This document shows, one piece after another, positions 27,524 to 38,330 of a stretch of 64,000 bases of DNA. The stretch covers positions 1 to 64,000 of the forward strand of contig JAUVXW010000006.1 of NCBI GenBank assembly GCA_030603385.1, read 5' to 3'. The stretch's first letter is position 1. Each line of letters begins with the position of its first letter. The stretch comes from Promethearchaeota archaeon (GTDB lineage Archaea; Asgardarchaeota; Lokiarchaeia; Sigyniarchaeales; SOKP01). The notes under the pieces were generated by a model, which was not told the DNA's origin, made no database searches, and saw only the letters and a program-made list of their open reading frames with translations. The position numbers were made by a program, and so were the translations under genes.

Positions 27524-28903
27524 ATGATGAATGGTCCTGTTGAACCTTTTAAAATTAAAATGGTCGAACATGTAGGAATGCCAGATGAAAAGAGAAGAAA
27601 AGAAGCTATTAAAGAGGCAGGGTATAACACCTTTTTGTTAAAATCTGAAGATGTATTTATTGATTTGTTAACTGATTCTGGTACTTCTGCTATGTCTGAT
27701 TATCAGTGGAGTGGCATGCTCTTAGGTGATGAGGCTTATGCTGGAGCTCGTAATTTTTACAATCTTGAGAAAGCGATACAAGATATTTTAGGTTATAAAT
27801 ACATAGTCCCTACTCACCAAGGTCGGGGTGCTGAACACCTCATGTATAGCCATCTTGTAAAACCAGGGCAAATAGTTCCAAGAAATATGTATTTTACTAC
27901 ATCTAAGTTACACGTTGAACTTCCTGGTGGAAAGATGGTAGATATGATTATTGATGAAGCTCATGATCCAGAGAATGAGCATCCATTTAAGGGAAATGTG
28001 GATTTAAAAAAATTACAGAAATATATAGATGACTATGGATTGGATAAAATCGCTTTTGTTAGCGTAGAACAAGATGTAAATATGGCTGGAGGACAGCCTG
28101 TTTCTATGGAAAATTTAAGAAAATTAAGGGAATTTTGTAATGATTATAAGCTTAAAATAATATATGATGCAACTCGTTCAAGTGAAAATGCATATTTTAT
28201 TCGAGAACGTGAAAAAGGTTATGAAAACACTCCAATTATTGAAATTTTAAGAGAAATGATGGGTTATTCTGATGGATGCATTTATAGCGCGAAGAAGGAT
28301 TGCTTAGTTAATATTGGTGGTTTCCTTGCTACTAATGATAAAGACATTTTTGAAGCTACTCGAAATATGGTTGTAGTCTATGAAGGACTACATACATATG
28401 GAGGTATGGCAGGGAGAGACATGGAAGCGGTTGCTAGGGGTTTGAGAGAGGGTACTAAATATGAGTATTTAAAATATAGAATTCACCAAGTACGGTATTT
28501 AGGCGACATGTTAAGAGAGGTGAACGTTCCAATTGTAAAACCTATTGGTGGTCATGCTGTCTTTCTTGATGCCGTGAAATTTTTGCCCCATCTCGAAAGA
28601 GAACAATGGCCAGCACAAACATTAGCCGCAGCGATTTATGAGGATTCTGCGGTGAGAAGCATGGAAAGAGGGGCTATTTCGAAGGGAAGAGATAAAGAAA
28701 CGGGTGAAAATCTTTTTCCAGCCTTAGAATTAGTAAGACTGACAATTCCAAGAAGAGTTTACACAAATTCCCACATGGAATATACAGCAGAATCAATAAT
28801 AAGACTCTACGAGAAGAGAAATACGATTCCTGGATTAAAAATGATTTACGAACCAGAGTATTTAAGATTTTTTCAAGCTCGATTTGAAAAATTATCTCTT
28901 TAA
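27524..28903 (+). CDS. tpl: Tyrosine phenol-lyase (beta-eliminating lyase)
   Basis: DLLTDSGT, THQGRGAE, PLP Lys in SAKKD; TPL-type residues MYFTT, MERG and LRFF (tryptophanase has FDTT, EIG, RHF). Confidence 0.85.
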   Translation: MMNGPVEPFKIKMVEHVGMPDEKRRKEAIKEAGYNTFLLKSEDVFIDLLTDSGTSAMSDYQWSGMLLGDEAYAGARNFYNLEKAIQDILGYKYIVPTHQGRGAEHLMYSHLVKPGQIVPRNMYFTTSKLHVELPGGKMVDMIIDEAHDPENEHPFKGNVDLKKLQKYIDDYGLDKIAFVSVEQDVNMAGGQPVSMENLRKLREFCNDYKLKIIYDATRSSENAYFIREREKGYENTPIIEILREMMGYSDGCIYSAKKDCLVNIGGFLATNDKDIFEATRNMVVVYEGLHTYGGMAGRDMEAVARGLREGTKYEYLKYRIHQVRYLGDMLREVNVPIVKPIGGHAVFLDAVKFLPHLEREQWPAQTLAAAIYEDSAVRSMERGAISKGRDKETGENLFPALELVRLTIPRRVYTNSHMEYTAESIIRLYEKRNTIPGLKMIYEPEYLRFFQARFEKLSL

Positions 28904-28908
28904 AATAT

Positions 28909-29394
28909 TTAAAATCTTTTTTCAAGCACTGTTATTATTGGATGAAATCCTGCTTTGCTAAAAACATCAAGAAGTTTTTCATCAGTCTTATAAGCAAGAT
29001 TGATTCTTATCGAATCACATCCCCACGATTGCAAAATCTGAATGGCCCTATCTGCTAAGAGTTTTCCAACACCTCTACCTATATATCCTTTTTTAATTGC
29101 CCAATTATCTAAATATCCAATGTATTGCCCTAAGGTATTTTTTTGAGCTTCAATCACACCCATACTTACTACTTTACCAGACTTCAATTCTGCAATTAGA
29201 GTAATTCGTTTTCGATTTGGTTTAAATTGTCTTAATCCGGAAGATTCTCTCCATTGATTTTCATTGAACCCAATATCAAATAATTTATTAAGTTCTTTCA
29301 AGATTTCTAAAGTTGCTTGATAATCTGATGTTCGGTAATTTCTTATGATTATATCTTCATCTTTAATTACATCGTCTGACATTATATTTTCCAC
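28909..29394 (-). CDS. GNAT-family acetyltransferase
   Basis: Y.GRGVGKLL acetyl-CoA binding motif; F...GF. Confidence 0.85.
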   Translation of the reverse strand: MENIMSDDVIKDEDIIIRNYRTSDYQATLEILKELNKLFDIGFNENQWRESSGLRQFKPNRKRITLIAELKSGKVVSMGVIEAQKNTLGQYIGYLDNWAIKKGYIGRGVGKLLADRAIQILQSWGCDSIRINLAYKTDEKLLDVFSKAGFHPIITVLEKRF

Positions 29395-29396
29395 TA

Positions 29397-30431
29397 TTAA
29401 CTTTTAATTTTATTTATTATTTTCAAATCTATTCTTTGAGTAAGGATTTTTTGAATGCTTTCACTTCCCTCTCGTTGATTGATAGAAAACAAATATTCAT
29501 CAATATAAGGAACGATTGGGGAAACAAATAAAAGTTCCTCTTGGGGAAACCAAAAATCAATCTCTTGTGTCATAACCTCCTTCTCAAAAAATTCTTTCAG
29601 ATGATTTATTGTTATAGAAATGTCCTTCAACTCTTTATTTGTGTTGTTTTGAACTGTAATCTCAATTTCTTGGCTATTTTCTACGAGGTTGACGGCTGTT
29701 ATAGATAGCGGTTGCTTAATTGTAAGGTCGTTATCTTTTTGCTTATTAGGGTCAAATAGTTCGATAGTTGAAAATTCATTTACTCCTTTTAAACTAGTAG
29801 GATCAAATCCTTTTAATGAGAAATAAGAAATAGCTCTTTGAGTTTTAAGAGAGGGTGATTCGGCTCTTTTTTGAATTACATTTGAAAAGTACTCTTTAAC
29901 GGTTTTATCAATCAATTCTCTCATAAAAAACTTTATTTTTTTCCCTTTTTTTATATATTCTTGTATTTTTGGTGTTTTGATTACTGTCTCCCTTGCAATC
30001 TCACTTTCAATAACCTCATAAAATTCATTTTCAAATTTATTTCTTATTTCGTCCGTTAGTTTTCGAATGAGATCATCCCCAAGAATTTCTAATTCGATTG
30101 GCAAAGACACTACTACTACTATTGTTTCTGGAGTTTCTTCTTCAAGGCCTGCGCGTCTTTTCTTTCTTTCCGATTTAGCTGAGAATTTCTTACCAAAAAA
30201 AGCGTATCCTTTGTATTCTAAATCTATATGATCAAGTTCCTCTGTTTCTAAAAACCATATTGGGTGATAATTTATGGGTCGCATGTATTTTTTATTGCTT
30301 CTAAATCTATCATCGGGATACATTAATAGAGGTATTTGTCCCTTTTTTTCATCAAAATACATTATATAGACTACGCATAAATATTCGTTAGGATTTTTTT
30401 CCAATGAATCACTATTAAATATATCAGCCAC
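29397..30431 (-). CDS. Hypothetical protein with uDENN/longin-like N-terminus and beta-sandwich C-terminus
   Basis: VVYIMYFDEKKGQIPLLMYP matches the hhhhFDxxxGxxhxxxYP hairpin; C-terminal IEITVQNNTNKELKDISITI is Ig-like. Confidence 0.6.
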   Translation of the reverse strand: MADIFNSDSLEKNPNEYLCVVYIMYFDEKKGQIPLLMYPDDRFRSNKKYMRPINYHPIWFLETEELDHIDLEYKGYAFFGKKFSAKSERKKRRAGLEEETPETIVVVVSLPIELEILGDDLIRKLTDEIRNKFENEFYEVIESEIARETVIKTPKIQEYIKKGKKIKFFMRELIDKTVKEYFSNVIQKRAESPSLKTQRAISYFSLKGFDPTSLKGVNEFSTIELFDPNKQKDNDLTIKQPLSITAVNLVENSQEIEITVQNNTNKELKDISITINHLKEFFEKEVMTQEIDFWFPQEELLFVSPIVPYIDEYLFSINQREGSESIQKILTQRIDLKIINKIKS

Positions 30432-30635
30432 TTGAAACCAGTTTTTAAAGGTATTCTATAACAATTAGTTAATCTTTCTACAATGGAATTAAATTTTACT
30501 TATATTAAAAAATTTAACGATATTACTTATTATATTTACAATTTTGCAAAAATAGTAAAAAATTGAATTCTTCAGAATTTTTAAAACCTAATTTAGATTA
30601 TCTCCTCTTATTCATAAGTAAAAAGGTAAATTCAT

Positions 30636-31724
30636 ATGATTATTACAGATGTTAAATCGTACTTATTAGAGCTTGATTTTAAGATTAAGATTGGCTCTAT
30701 GCCGAGATTAAAAGCAACAGGTTTATATATAAACATTTTAACAGATGAAGGAATCGATGGTTGGGCATTAAGTCATTGGAATCTTAGTAACGCCGCCCAG
30801 AAGATTTTTATAGAGGAAGCGCTTAAAAAAATGTTGATCCGGAAGGATCCTTTTATGACAGAAGATATCTTCCATACAATCTACACATCCAGTAATCGGA
30901 TTATGTTTGGAATTCCATCAGCTACTTCTGCTATTATGGTTGCGTGCTGGGACATTATAGGTAAAGCAACAAAACAACCAATCTATAGATTATTAGGAGG
31001 GAGAAAACAAAAAATTAGAGCCTACGCTTCTATGCCACGTGGATATAAACCCAAAGCGGCAATAGGCGCTGTTGAGTCTGCTATGAAACCAGAATTAGGT
31101 GGTTTTAAAGCCGTCAAATTAAGAATTGGAAATGGACCAAAAAAAGATGAAGAATTGATAAGAGAAGTAAGAGACACATTTCCAGAGATAGATATTATGG
31201 TTGACGCTAATTCTGCTTATGATTCTGTAAATGAAGCACTTAAAGTGGCAAATATTTGTGCTAAATATGATGTGGCTTGGTTAGAGGAACCTATTCCAAC
31301 CGATAATCTTAATGGACTAGCCAAGATAAGAGAGAAATCTCCGGTTCAAATTGCCGGTGGGGAAAACGACATGGGTATATATAGATTTGAGGATATCCTC
31401 TCTAAAGAATGCTTTGATATCATACAACCAGACACTACTCGTAGTGGGGGGTATCTACAAATGAAAAAGATTGATGCAATGGCAGAAGTTAAAGGTGTTC
31501 GGTGTATTCCTCATATATTTGGATTTGGGCATATTTTGGCGGCAAATCTTCATTTTATAATGTCAACTAGATGTGATTGGTGCGAGTTCCCATTCATACC
31601 TGAAGTATATCAGCTCTTAGAAGAGCCAATTAAGGCTGAAAACGGAATAGTAAAAGCTTTAGAAAAGCCTGGTTTAGGTGTGGAAATAAATCAAAAAATG
31701 TTCGAAGAAAATGTTCTTAAATAA
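30636..31724 (+). CDS. Mandelate racemase/muconate lactonizing enzyme (enolase superfamily)
   Basis: WDIIGK, KAVKLRIG, MVDAN, WLEEP, GGEN, QPD, PH, PGLG. Confidence 0.93.
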   Translation: MIITDVKSYLLELDFKIKIGSMPRLKATGLYINILTDEGIDGWALSHWNLSNAAQKIFIEEALKKMLIRKDPFMTEDIFHTIYTSSNRIMFGIPSATSAIMVACWDIIGKATKQPIYRLLGGRKQKIRAYASMPRGYKPKAAIGAVESAMKPELGGFKAVKLRIGNGPKKDEELIREVRDTFPEIDIMVDANSAYDSVNEALKVANICAKYDVAWLEEPIPTDNLNGLAKIREKSPVQIAGGENDMGIYRFEDILSKECFDIIQPDTTRSGGYLQMKKIDAMAEVKGVRCIPHIFGFGHILAANLHFIMSTRCDWCEFPFIPEVYQLLEEPIKAENGIVKALEKPGLGVEINQKMFEENVLK

Positions 31725-31742
31725 AATAATAAATTTCTTTTT

Positions 31743-33719
31743 TTAAACTTGGTTTACAATCTTTTCTTTTTCTAAAAAGTTAACGAGTTCTACAACCTGA
31801 TTTGGCAGAATAACGATGTTATATTCCAAAGACAAAAAGCTTGTTACCCTTAAAAGGTTATATCCCTTACATAATAAATTAATCAACTCACTTATTGGAC
31901 CTAAATACTCAGACTTCAAACGCTTGCAAAAATCTTTAAATGATGGATTTTCAAATAGAAGAAATATCTGGTCTACTACTAAGGGTCCATTAAAGGTGGG
32001 AGTATATTTTAACTTTAATTTAGATTCTAATATTCCAACTTCCTTATCTCCTCTGTATTCTTTAACATGGCTATTCCATCTTAAATTTTGAATTTCAAGT
32101 ATTTCTGAAATTTCTTTTTTAGCTGATTCTAGCAATCTGACGACTTTAGAGGATGAATCAACCTTTTCTATCCACTTTAATAGGTTCAATTCATAATCAT
32201 AAAATGCTTTAATGATATCCATTCCTAATAATACTAATTCAATTATATCTTCTTTCCTTGACTGATCTTTTGGTATAGTTATGCTTAACATTAATTCTTC
32301 TAACAATTTGATTGCTTTCCCCCATCTATTATATATACCTTGATGGATAATAGGCCATAACTCAAATATTAAATTATTGTCTAATATTGAGAGGATATAA
32401 GAGATAGATATCCCCATGCCAATAACTCTTTTCAGTTCTGTAGAATCACAGTATTCTACAGTATCCATTGATGAGTGATAATAAGGATCCTTATGTCCAA
32501 ACATAAGTGAGGGTATTCCGAAATATGAGTCCGCAAAAAGAACATGGTCACTCCCTCCTTCAAAACTTGTTATTCGGTAACTCATTGGAACTTTTGTTCC
32601 ATTAATCGCAATACCCTTAGGATGATCAGCAATCTTCTTTATATAAAGTGATGCAATATCATTAAGGATTGATGGAGTGGAATGTGGGGCCAAATTAACC
32701 TCTAAAGGATACCCTATTTTAAGACGATGTTCACCAATCATATCTAAATTAAGACAGGCTAACACGTTGTTAATTTTATTTTTGTGATATTTCATCCACG
32801 GGGCGGTCCCATTAAACTCGGGCACCCATGCAAACCTGATAGTTCTTTTAGGTTGTTCTAATACCTTTTCGTCAAGTAAATATTTCATTGCTCTTGCTAG
32901 CTCTAATAATCCTGCAGCTCCGCTAGCATTATCATTTGCACCTGGAAATGGATGGCATAAATGAGCAATAACAATTATTTCTTGCTCAGGATATTCTGTT
33001 CCTCTAATAGAAGTCGTTATTACTTCTAGATTTCCATTCATAAATTTCGCATTTATTTTCGCATGTACGTTTACTGGCCCTTTTTCTAATAACTCTTTTA
33101 AGTAAATAGCTTGTTTGTAAGAAATGCTAAAACCAAATTTAGCTTTATCAAGCCGGTCACGAGTAGTAAAAAAACTATTATAAATTCGCTTATCTAATTG
33201 ATCTCCCGTTCTTTTCAAATCAGGATAATAAATCACCCCTAGTGCTCCTGAACTTTCGATGTAGGAATGAAACTTATATGTTGGACTAGAAATCAATATC
33301 AGTTTACCGTCGATATCCTTACTTTCATAATCTTCCTTTTTATCCCCTTTTCCTATATCAACTACTTCAGCTATAATATCACATGATTTTGAATGTGTTA
33401 CAATAGATGTTTGAATTTCATTATAATCGCAAAGTTTTATTCTTTCTGGCTCGGTAATCCAAAGCTCACCAGACTCAATTTCCCATTGGTAAGCTGCGAC
33501 ATATCCCCAAGCATTATTTTTTCCATCAGCAGGGGATTTAAAGTGTTCAATCTCCCTATATCCAATCAGGGATAATTCATTCTTTATTATCTCAGCAATT
33601 TCGTGATACCCCTTAGAACCTTGTATTCTGCTAAATTGAGATATCTTTGCGACCCAATCCCAAGCTCCTTGCCCATTAACTTCAGATAAAATATCATTAA
33701 GGTATTTTTCAATATCCAT
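31743..33719 (-). CDS. M28-family peptidase with PA domain (DUF4910-like)
   Basis: AHLCHP.PGANDNASG, PE..G, NLDMIG, GGSDH, YHSSMD. Confidence 0.9.
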   Translation of the reverse strand: MDIEKYLNDILSEVNGQGAWDWVAKISQFSRIQGSKGYHEIAEIIKNELSLIGYREIEHFKSPADGKNNAWGYVAAYQWEIESGELWITEPERIKLCDYNEIQTSIVTHSKSCDIIAEVVDIGKGDKKEDYESKDIDGKLILISSPTYKFHSYIESSGALGVIYYPDLKRTGDQLDKRIYNSFFTTRDRLDKAKFGFSISYKQAIYLKELLEKGPVNVHAKINAKFMNGNLEVITTSIRGTEYPEQEIIVIAHLCHPFPGANDNASGAAGLLELARAMKYLLDEKVLEQPKRTIRFAWVPEFNGTAPWMKYHKNKINNVLACLNLDMIGEHRLKIGYPLEVNLAPHSTPSILNDIASLYIKKIADHPKGIAINGTKVPMSYRITSFEGGSDHVLFADSYFGIPSLMFGHKDPYYHSSMDTVEYCDSTELKRVIGMGISISYILSILDNNLIFELWPIIHQGIYNRWGKAIKLLEELMLSITIPKDQSRKEDIIELVLLGMDIIKAFYDYELNLLKWIEKVDSSSKVVRLLESAKKEISEILEIQNLRWNSHVKEYRGDKEVGILESKLKLKYTPTFNGPLVVDQIFLLFENPSFKDFCKRLKSEYLGPISELINLLCKGYNLLRVTSFLSLEYNIVILPNQVVELVNFLEKEKIVNQV

Positions 33720-33815
33720 GATCTAAACAAGAATGAATGTTTTTTAATTATTTTTAATTAAAATGTGAAGCAATTAGAATAAAATATACTTCAATTGGAT
33801 TTTTTCTTTTCTTTA

Positions 33816-35180
33816 TCATTTATTCTCTAAATCAAGTCTCCTTTTTAATAAAGTATCTCTACATTCCTTAAAATCATTAGGATAATAAAAGTATGGAATG
33901 ATCCAAAAGAGTGATCCAGTTAACCAAATAATTAAAACTACAAAAACAGCAAAAGGTAACAATGACATATTCCTTTCGATCATGGAAGATATCAGCAAGT
34001 TTCCAATAATACCCCCGAGATTCACCATTAATCCATTCATAGCATTTGCTGTACTTCTAACCTCAGGTAGAGATACCTCTGAATAAATAGCAAATTGATT
34101 TCCAGAAGAGAAAGCTACAAAAAAAAATCCTAAATAACCTATTATCACAAAAAATATCCAGGAAAAGACAATTTGAAGCGTTGTTTCAGTATAGAATGGT
34201 ATTAAGTAAAATGCCAATAAAAGAGAAATTCCTACAATAAGACCGATTAACGAAACAATCACTCGGCCTTTTAACTTTCCGGATCTGAAATATCGATCTC
34301 CTAATCTTCCTCCTATAATGGATCCAAGGAGAGCACCACTTCCAGCTAGAATATAAATAGTTGTGACTATTAATTCAGAATCAGTACCATTTATTTTAGT
34401 ATTTAAATAAAAGATTGCCCATATCCCAAGTGTAGCATTAGCTATACCTGAGCATAGCACTGAAATTAATATTCCTCCTACTGATCGTGTTCTAAATAGT
34501 TGCTTCAGATTACTATAAGTTATTTTGTAGTTATAATTTATTTCACCTTTAAAATTCTTAAATTCGGGTTCTGAGCGTAACCGTTCTGGTTCTATAGCTG
34601 AGAAAGTATAAAAGATTAAAGTAAATAGTCCGAGTATAAATCCTACACCATAGGCAATTCTCCATCCTAAAGGTCCGGCATAATTTCCTAGCAACCCTCC
34701 AAATATAATCCCCATGCCTGCCCCTAAAGTTAAACTAAATGACATCATTCCATATCTTTTTCCTCTATCTTTAGGTGAATAGAAATCTCCAATCATAGAA
34801 AAACCAAGAGGTAAAAAAGCTCCAGTTCCAATTGCGCCTACTATAATAAAAAAGAAGTAATAAAAAAAATTTAATGATAAAGAAGCTAAACCAAATGTAA
34901 AAACCCATACAAAATTAGTATAGATAAAAATTTTCTTCCTTGAAATTTTTTCTGAGATTTTATCTCCATAATAACCAAATACTAAGATACTAATAATCCC
35001 GATAATTAATGCTGAAGCTGAAACTATTCCAATTCCAAATTTTGTTGTTTTAGGAAGATATATCAATAAATTATCTATATTCACAGGTAAAATTCCCGCA
35101 CAAAAAAATATCATGAAATAAAGAAGAAAAATCGAGAGGAAAGTTTTTTTTCTGTTTTCTTGATATGATTCACTCATCAT
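33816..35180 (-). CDS. MFS transporter
   Basis: ~12 TM; GYYGDK..RK, IGDFYSPKDRG, GGRLGDR, PEVRSTA. Confidence 0.93.
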   Translation of the reverse strand: MMSESYQENRKKTFLSIFLLYFMIFFCAGILPVNIDNLLIYLPKTTKFGIGIVSASALIIGIISILVFGYYGDKISEKISRKKIFIYTNFVWVFTFGLASLSLNFFYYFFFIIVGAIGTGAFLPLGFSMIGDFYSPKDRGKRYGMMSFSLTLGAGMGIIFGGLLGNYAGPLGWRIAYGVGFILGLFTLIFYTFSAIEPERLRSEPEFKNFKGEINYNYKITYSNLKQLFRTRSVGGILISVLCSGIANATLGIWAIFYLNTKINGTDSELIVTTIYILAGSGALLGSIIGGRLGDRYFRSGKLKGRVIVSLIGLIVGISLLLAFYLIPFYTETTLQIVFSWIFFVIIGYLGFFFVAFSSGNQFAIYSEVSLPEVRSTANAMNGLMVNLGGIIGNLLISSMIERNMSLLPFAVFVVLIIWLTGSLFWIIPYFYYPNDFKECRDTLLKRRLDLENK

Positions 35181-35283
35181 TCAAATCTGAATTAGCCTAT
35201 AGTATTTTTTTTGATATTTTGAATAATAATATTTGAACTTCATCTTATAATAGTGTTTATTTTATTCAAAAAGAGAAAATTAT

Positions 35284-37512
35284 CTATTGATTTATATCAA
35301 CTTTGATAAACTTGCCGATACCATTACTCAGTATTTTTAGAGTTTCCTCTTCTAATTCCTCTGGAATATGTCTGAAAGAAAAATCTTCGAGTGCTGGTAA
35401 GAGATTCTGAAGAGTTAATCTGGTTAAATAGTCTAATTGATCACATAAAGCAATTAATTGAAAATGAGTTGAATTCTCAATTAATACAGCGCCTTTACTT
35501 ACGGTAAAATAATTCACTTGTTGTTGTAACATATATTTCCTTACATTATTCCATAGATCATGAAATCCTATGAGATAATTTGCATCTTGAGGAGATCCAC
35601 TCTTATCATTTTGTAAAATTAATTCCCAAGCAGAATCTTGTGTTCCTATAAATATTGTTTGCACAATACTTTTCTTTTTTGACTTAGTCTCCTCAGATTT
35701 TCTGAATGTTAATCTTTGAAACATTCTTCGTAAAACTGAGCCTGCTGATTTTTCTATTGTACCAGTATTTAACTGTTCTAAATTTACATTTATATCTTTT
35801 TCAAGACTTGATAAATTAAATTCCTGTGCTGTTTTTAATGCTTCTTCAAAGTAAAGTTTTGCTTGTTCGGGTAACCTACTTTCTGCCGCTAACAATCCTT
35901 TAAGTATAACCAATCTGCAAAGATCTAAATAACTTTGATTTTCAATAGCAATAGTCTTTGCTAATTCCAAATGATTATAAGCATGATTTAAGTGCTCTAG
36001 ATTCCCAGTTTCTTGGAAATATTTAAAATATCCTTCAACTAGCCTAATTTCAATATCACTCGCATCTTCAACAGATTGGTTCATAAACATAATTTCTCTT
36101 TCTTCATTCAGATGATCGATCAATTCTGACCAATTGCCAAGTAATTCTCCTTCTATGGCTTGCAGATCATGCATAAAAATATTGCCTACTGGCGATTTTA
36201 AGAAATCTGAATCATTTGGTAAGTTATTTCGTACAAAATCTAATAGTTCAAGAGAATCTGTTTTACCAGCAATTCTTTTCAGAGTAGAAAGTAGATCAAG
36301 TTTATAATAAGTAGGTACATTTTCTTCTGAAAGAACTTTTTGGCATAATTCTTTTGATTCATCATAACGTTCAGAAATAAATAGTGTCTCAGCAATAATA
36401 CTCAATAATGAACTTCTTATAAAAAACTCTTCTTGGACAATTGGCAATTCTAGTATAGCCTGTTGACGTTTCAGAGCTTGATCATATAATCCTTGTTTGG
36501 ACTCAAGAACTGACATATTCGATGAAATTACCGCATGAGTTCTTTCGTCACCCATTTCTTCGCTCACTTTTAACACAATCTCGAAGATTTTTAGTGCTTT
36601 TTCTAAATCTCCACTGGATTGATTAACAGCAGCATAAAAATTTCCTACAACACTTATGATTTCTCGATTATCTAATAATTGGCCAAAATTAAAAACGGGT
36701 TCTATTACTTCTATAGCTTCATTTATTTTTCCAAGAAAATATAACCTAAAGCCATAATACCCTTGTAAAAGCATTAATCCCGTTTTCATTTCTATAGAAG
36801 TTTGGTCACCCCATTCCTTTTGACAATTATCATATAATTCCTCTAAGAGATTATAAGCGCTTAAACGAAGAAAAGCTTCAGCTTTTGCAATTGCTGCTTC
36901 TAATTGAATTATTGGTGGAGCAAACTTGAAGTCAATTCTTTTGGCTATTAATATTAACTCTGATGAGGGCGCAAACCTTGCTTGTAATCGTAAATATATT
37001 GGATAACTCCAAGAGCTAGGCTCATATTTATAATTTAGAAGTTCCTTACCTTTTCCAATTATAAAACCCCATTTTACCGCTAAGAATGTAAGTAATTGAC
37101 TATGAGGATTATTATGTCTTAAATCCGTTAAATACTCATACCATTCGCCTATAGTTTTATTTTGTATCCCTGAAATTGTAGTAAGAATATTTATTTCTTC
37201 TTCATTTGCTAAAGATAAATAAGCCCGTAGTTCTAGAGGAACGAGACGCTGAAAGGTGATCCATAGATCAGGAGCTCCTTTTCCCGCTTTTTTTTCTTCA
37301 TAGTAATCTTTATGAGCACGATATTCTCCCTTTTCATCAATTACAACAACATTGATATGTAAAGAATCTGAATCAGTAGGGTGCCCTACCCGGATTGTAT
37401 ATAGTTTTCCAATCATTGTATTACCTGACTCAGACTTATGGATGTAGGTATTTGGATTAATAAGGTTAAAAGTGATCTTCTTATCACATATTTTACAATT
37501 AATTTCAGTCAT
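35284..37512 (-). CDS. TPR-repeat protein with possible C-terminal longin-like domain
   Basis: Helical repeats (G.LEKAL..FE, G.YDQAL, A..YFEEAL); C-terminal ~130 aa with a beta-beta-alpha-beta-beta-beta-alpha pattern; GAGGTG SD. Confidence 0.7.
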   Translation of the reverse strand: MTEINCKICDKKITFNLINPNTYIHKSESGNTMIGKLYTIRVGHPTDSDSLHINVVVIDEKGEYRAHKDYYEEKKAGKGAPDLWITFQRLVPLELRAYLSLANEEEINILTTISGIQNKTIGEWYEYLTDLRHNNPHSQLLTFLAVKWGFIIGKGKELLNYKYEPSSWSYPIYLRLQARFAPSSELILIAKRIDFKFAPPIIQLEAAIAKAEAFLRLSAYNLLEELYDNCQKEWGDQTSIEMKTGLMLLQGYYGFRLYFLGKINEAIEVIEPVFNFGQLLDNREIISVVGNFYAAVNQSSGDLEKALKIFEIVLKVSEEMGDERTHAVISSNMSVLESKQGLYDQALKRQQAILELPIVQEEFFIRSSLLSIIAETLFISERYDESKELCQKVLSEENVPTYYKLDLLSTLKRIAGKTDSLELLDFVRNNLPNDSDFLKSPVGNIFMHDLQAIEGELLGNWSELIDHLNEEREIMFMNQSVEDASDIEIRLVEGYFKYFQETGNLEHLNHAYNHLELAKTIAIENQSYLDLCRLVILKGLLAAESRLPEQAKLYFEEALKTAQEFNLSSLEKDINVNLEQLNTGTIEKSAGSVLRRMFQRLTFRKSEETKSKKKSIVQTIFIGTQDSAWELILQNDKSGSPQDANYLIGFHDLWNNVRKYMLQQQVNYFTVSKGAVLIENSTHFQLIALCDQLDYLTRLTLQNLLPALEDFSFRHIPEELEEETLKILSNGIGKFIKVDINQ

Positions 37513-37584
37513 TTTAACACCTCATCTCACTTGATAATTAGAAGATGAGAGTTTTTATTCAATTATATAACTCCTTTTATTATT

Positions 37585-38187
37585 TTACTTAAGGTGTTTT
37601 TTACTCATTTTTGTAATCTCATCTAATAAATTATCAATACCTCTACCATCTAAAGAACATGTTTCTATGTATTTTTGAAAATATTTCTTTTTTCCAACTA
37701 CAGACTTGATTAATTCATTTGATATATTTCTTTCTAAATCTATTTTATTTCCTACAAGAATTAAACCTGCTTGTCCATTTTTAGATTCATTAGTAAGGTT
37801 CATTAATTCCATCCAATCATTTAAATTTTCAAATGACTCATATACATCAACTGAAAAGACAAATATGTAAATGTCTATAGATTTGGTTACTTGATCTTTT
37901 ATGATATCTAAGGGATGTGCGCCAGGAGTTCTTTGCCCAGCTAAATCATAGCACTGAAATCGCAAATCTTTATATGCCCATGATTCTATTTCCATAAATG
38001 GTGTACGGGTGATCTCTTTACTATCTAATACTTTGCCCCCATTAGAGCTATTTACATATTGTGTTGTTTTCTGAATTAATGCTTGTACCATTGTTGTCTT
38101 TCCGACTGCTCCATCTCCTACAATAGTCATTCGAACTAATTTTCTTGATTTCTTTAATCTTTTTAAGAATTGAGATAATTTCCCCAT
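37585..38187 (-). CDS. Small Ras-superfamily GTPase with Arf-like N-terminal helix
   Basis: G1 GDGAVGKT, G2 T(P), G3 DLAGQ, G4 NKID, G5 TCS; MGKLSQFLKRL N-terminus. Confidence 0.92.
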   Translation of the reverse strand: MGKLSQFLKRLKKSRKLVRMTIVGDGAVGKTTMVQALIQKTTQYVNSSNGGKVLDSKEITRTPFMEIESWAYKDLRFQCYDLAGQRTPGAHPLDIIKDQVTKSIDIYIFVFSVDVYESFENLNDWMELMNLTNESKNGQAGLILVGNKIDLERNISNELIKSVVGKKKYFQKYIETCSLDGRGIDNLLDEITKMSKKHLK

Positions 38188-38330
38188 GTGAAATACTCCT
38201 AATATTATATTAAATTAATTGTTGAAAAATTGTCCCTAATTAAGGAAGTAGCTATGTTTTTTAATGGTGATTGTAAGATATTAAAGTAATCTTTAAAACG
38301 TTAGTACGTGTTATTAAAAGAAACAAAGGA

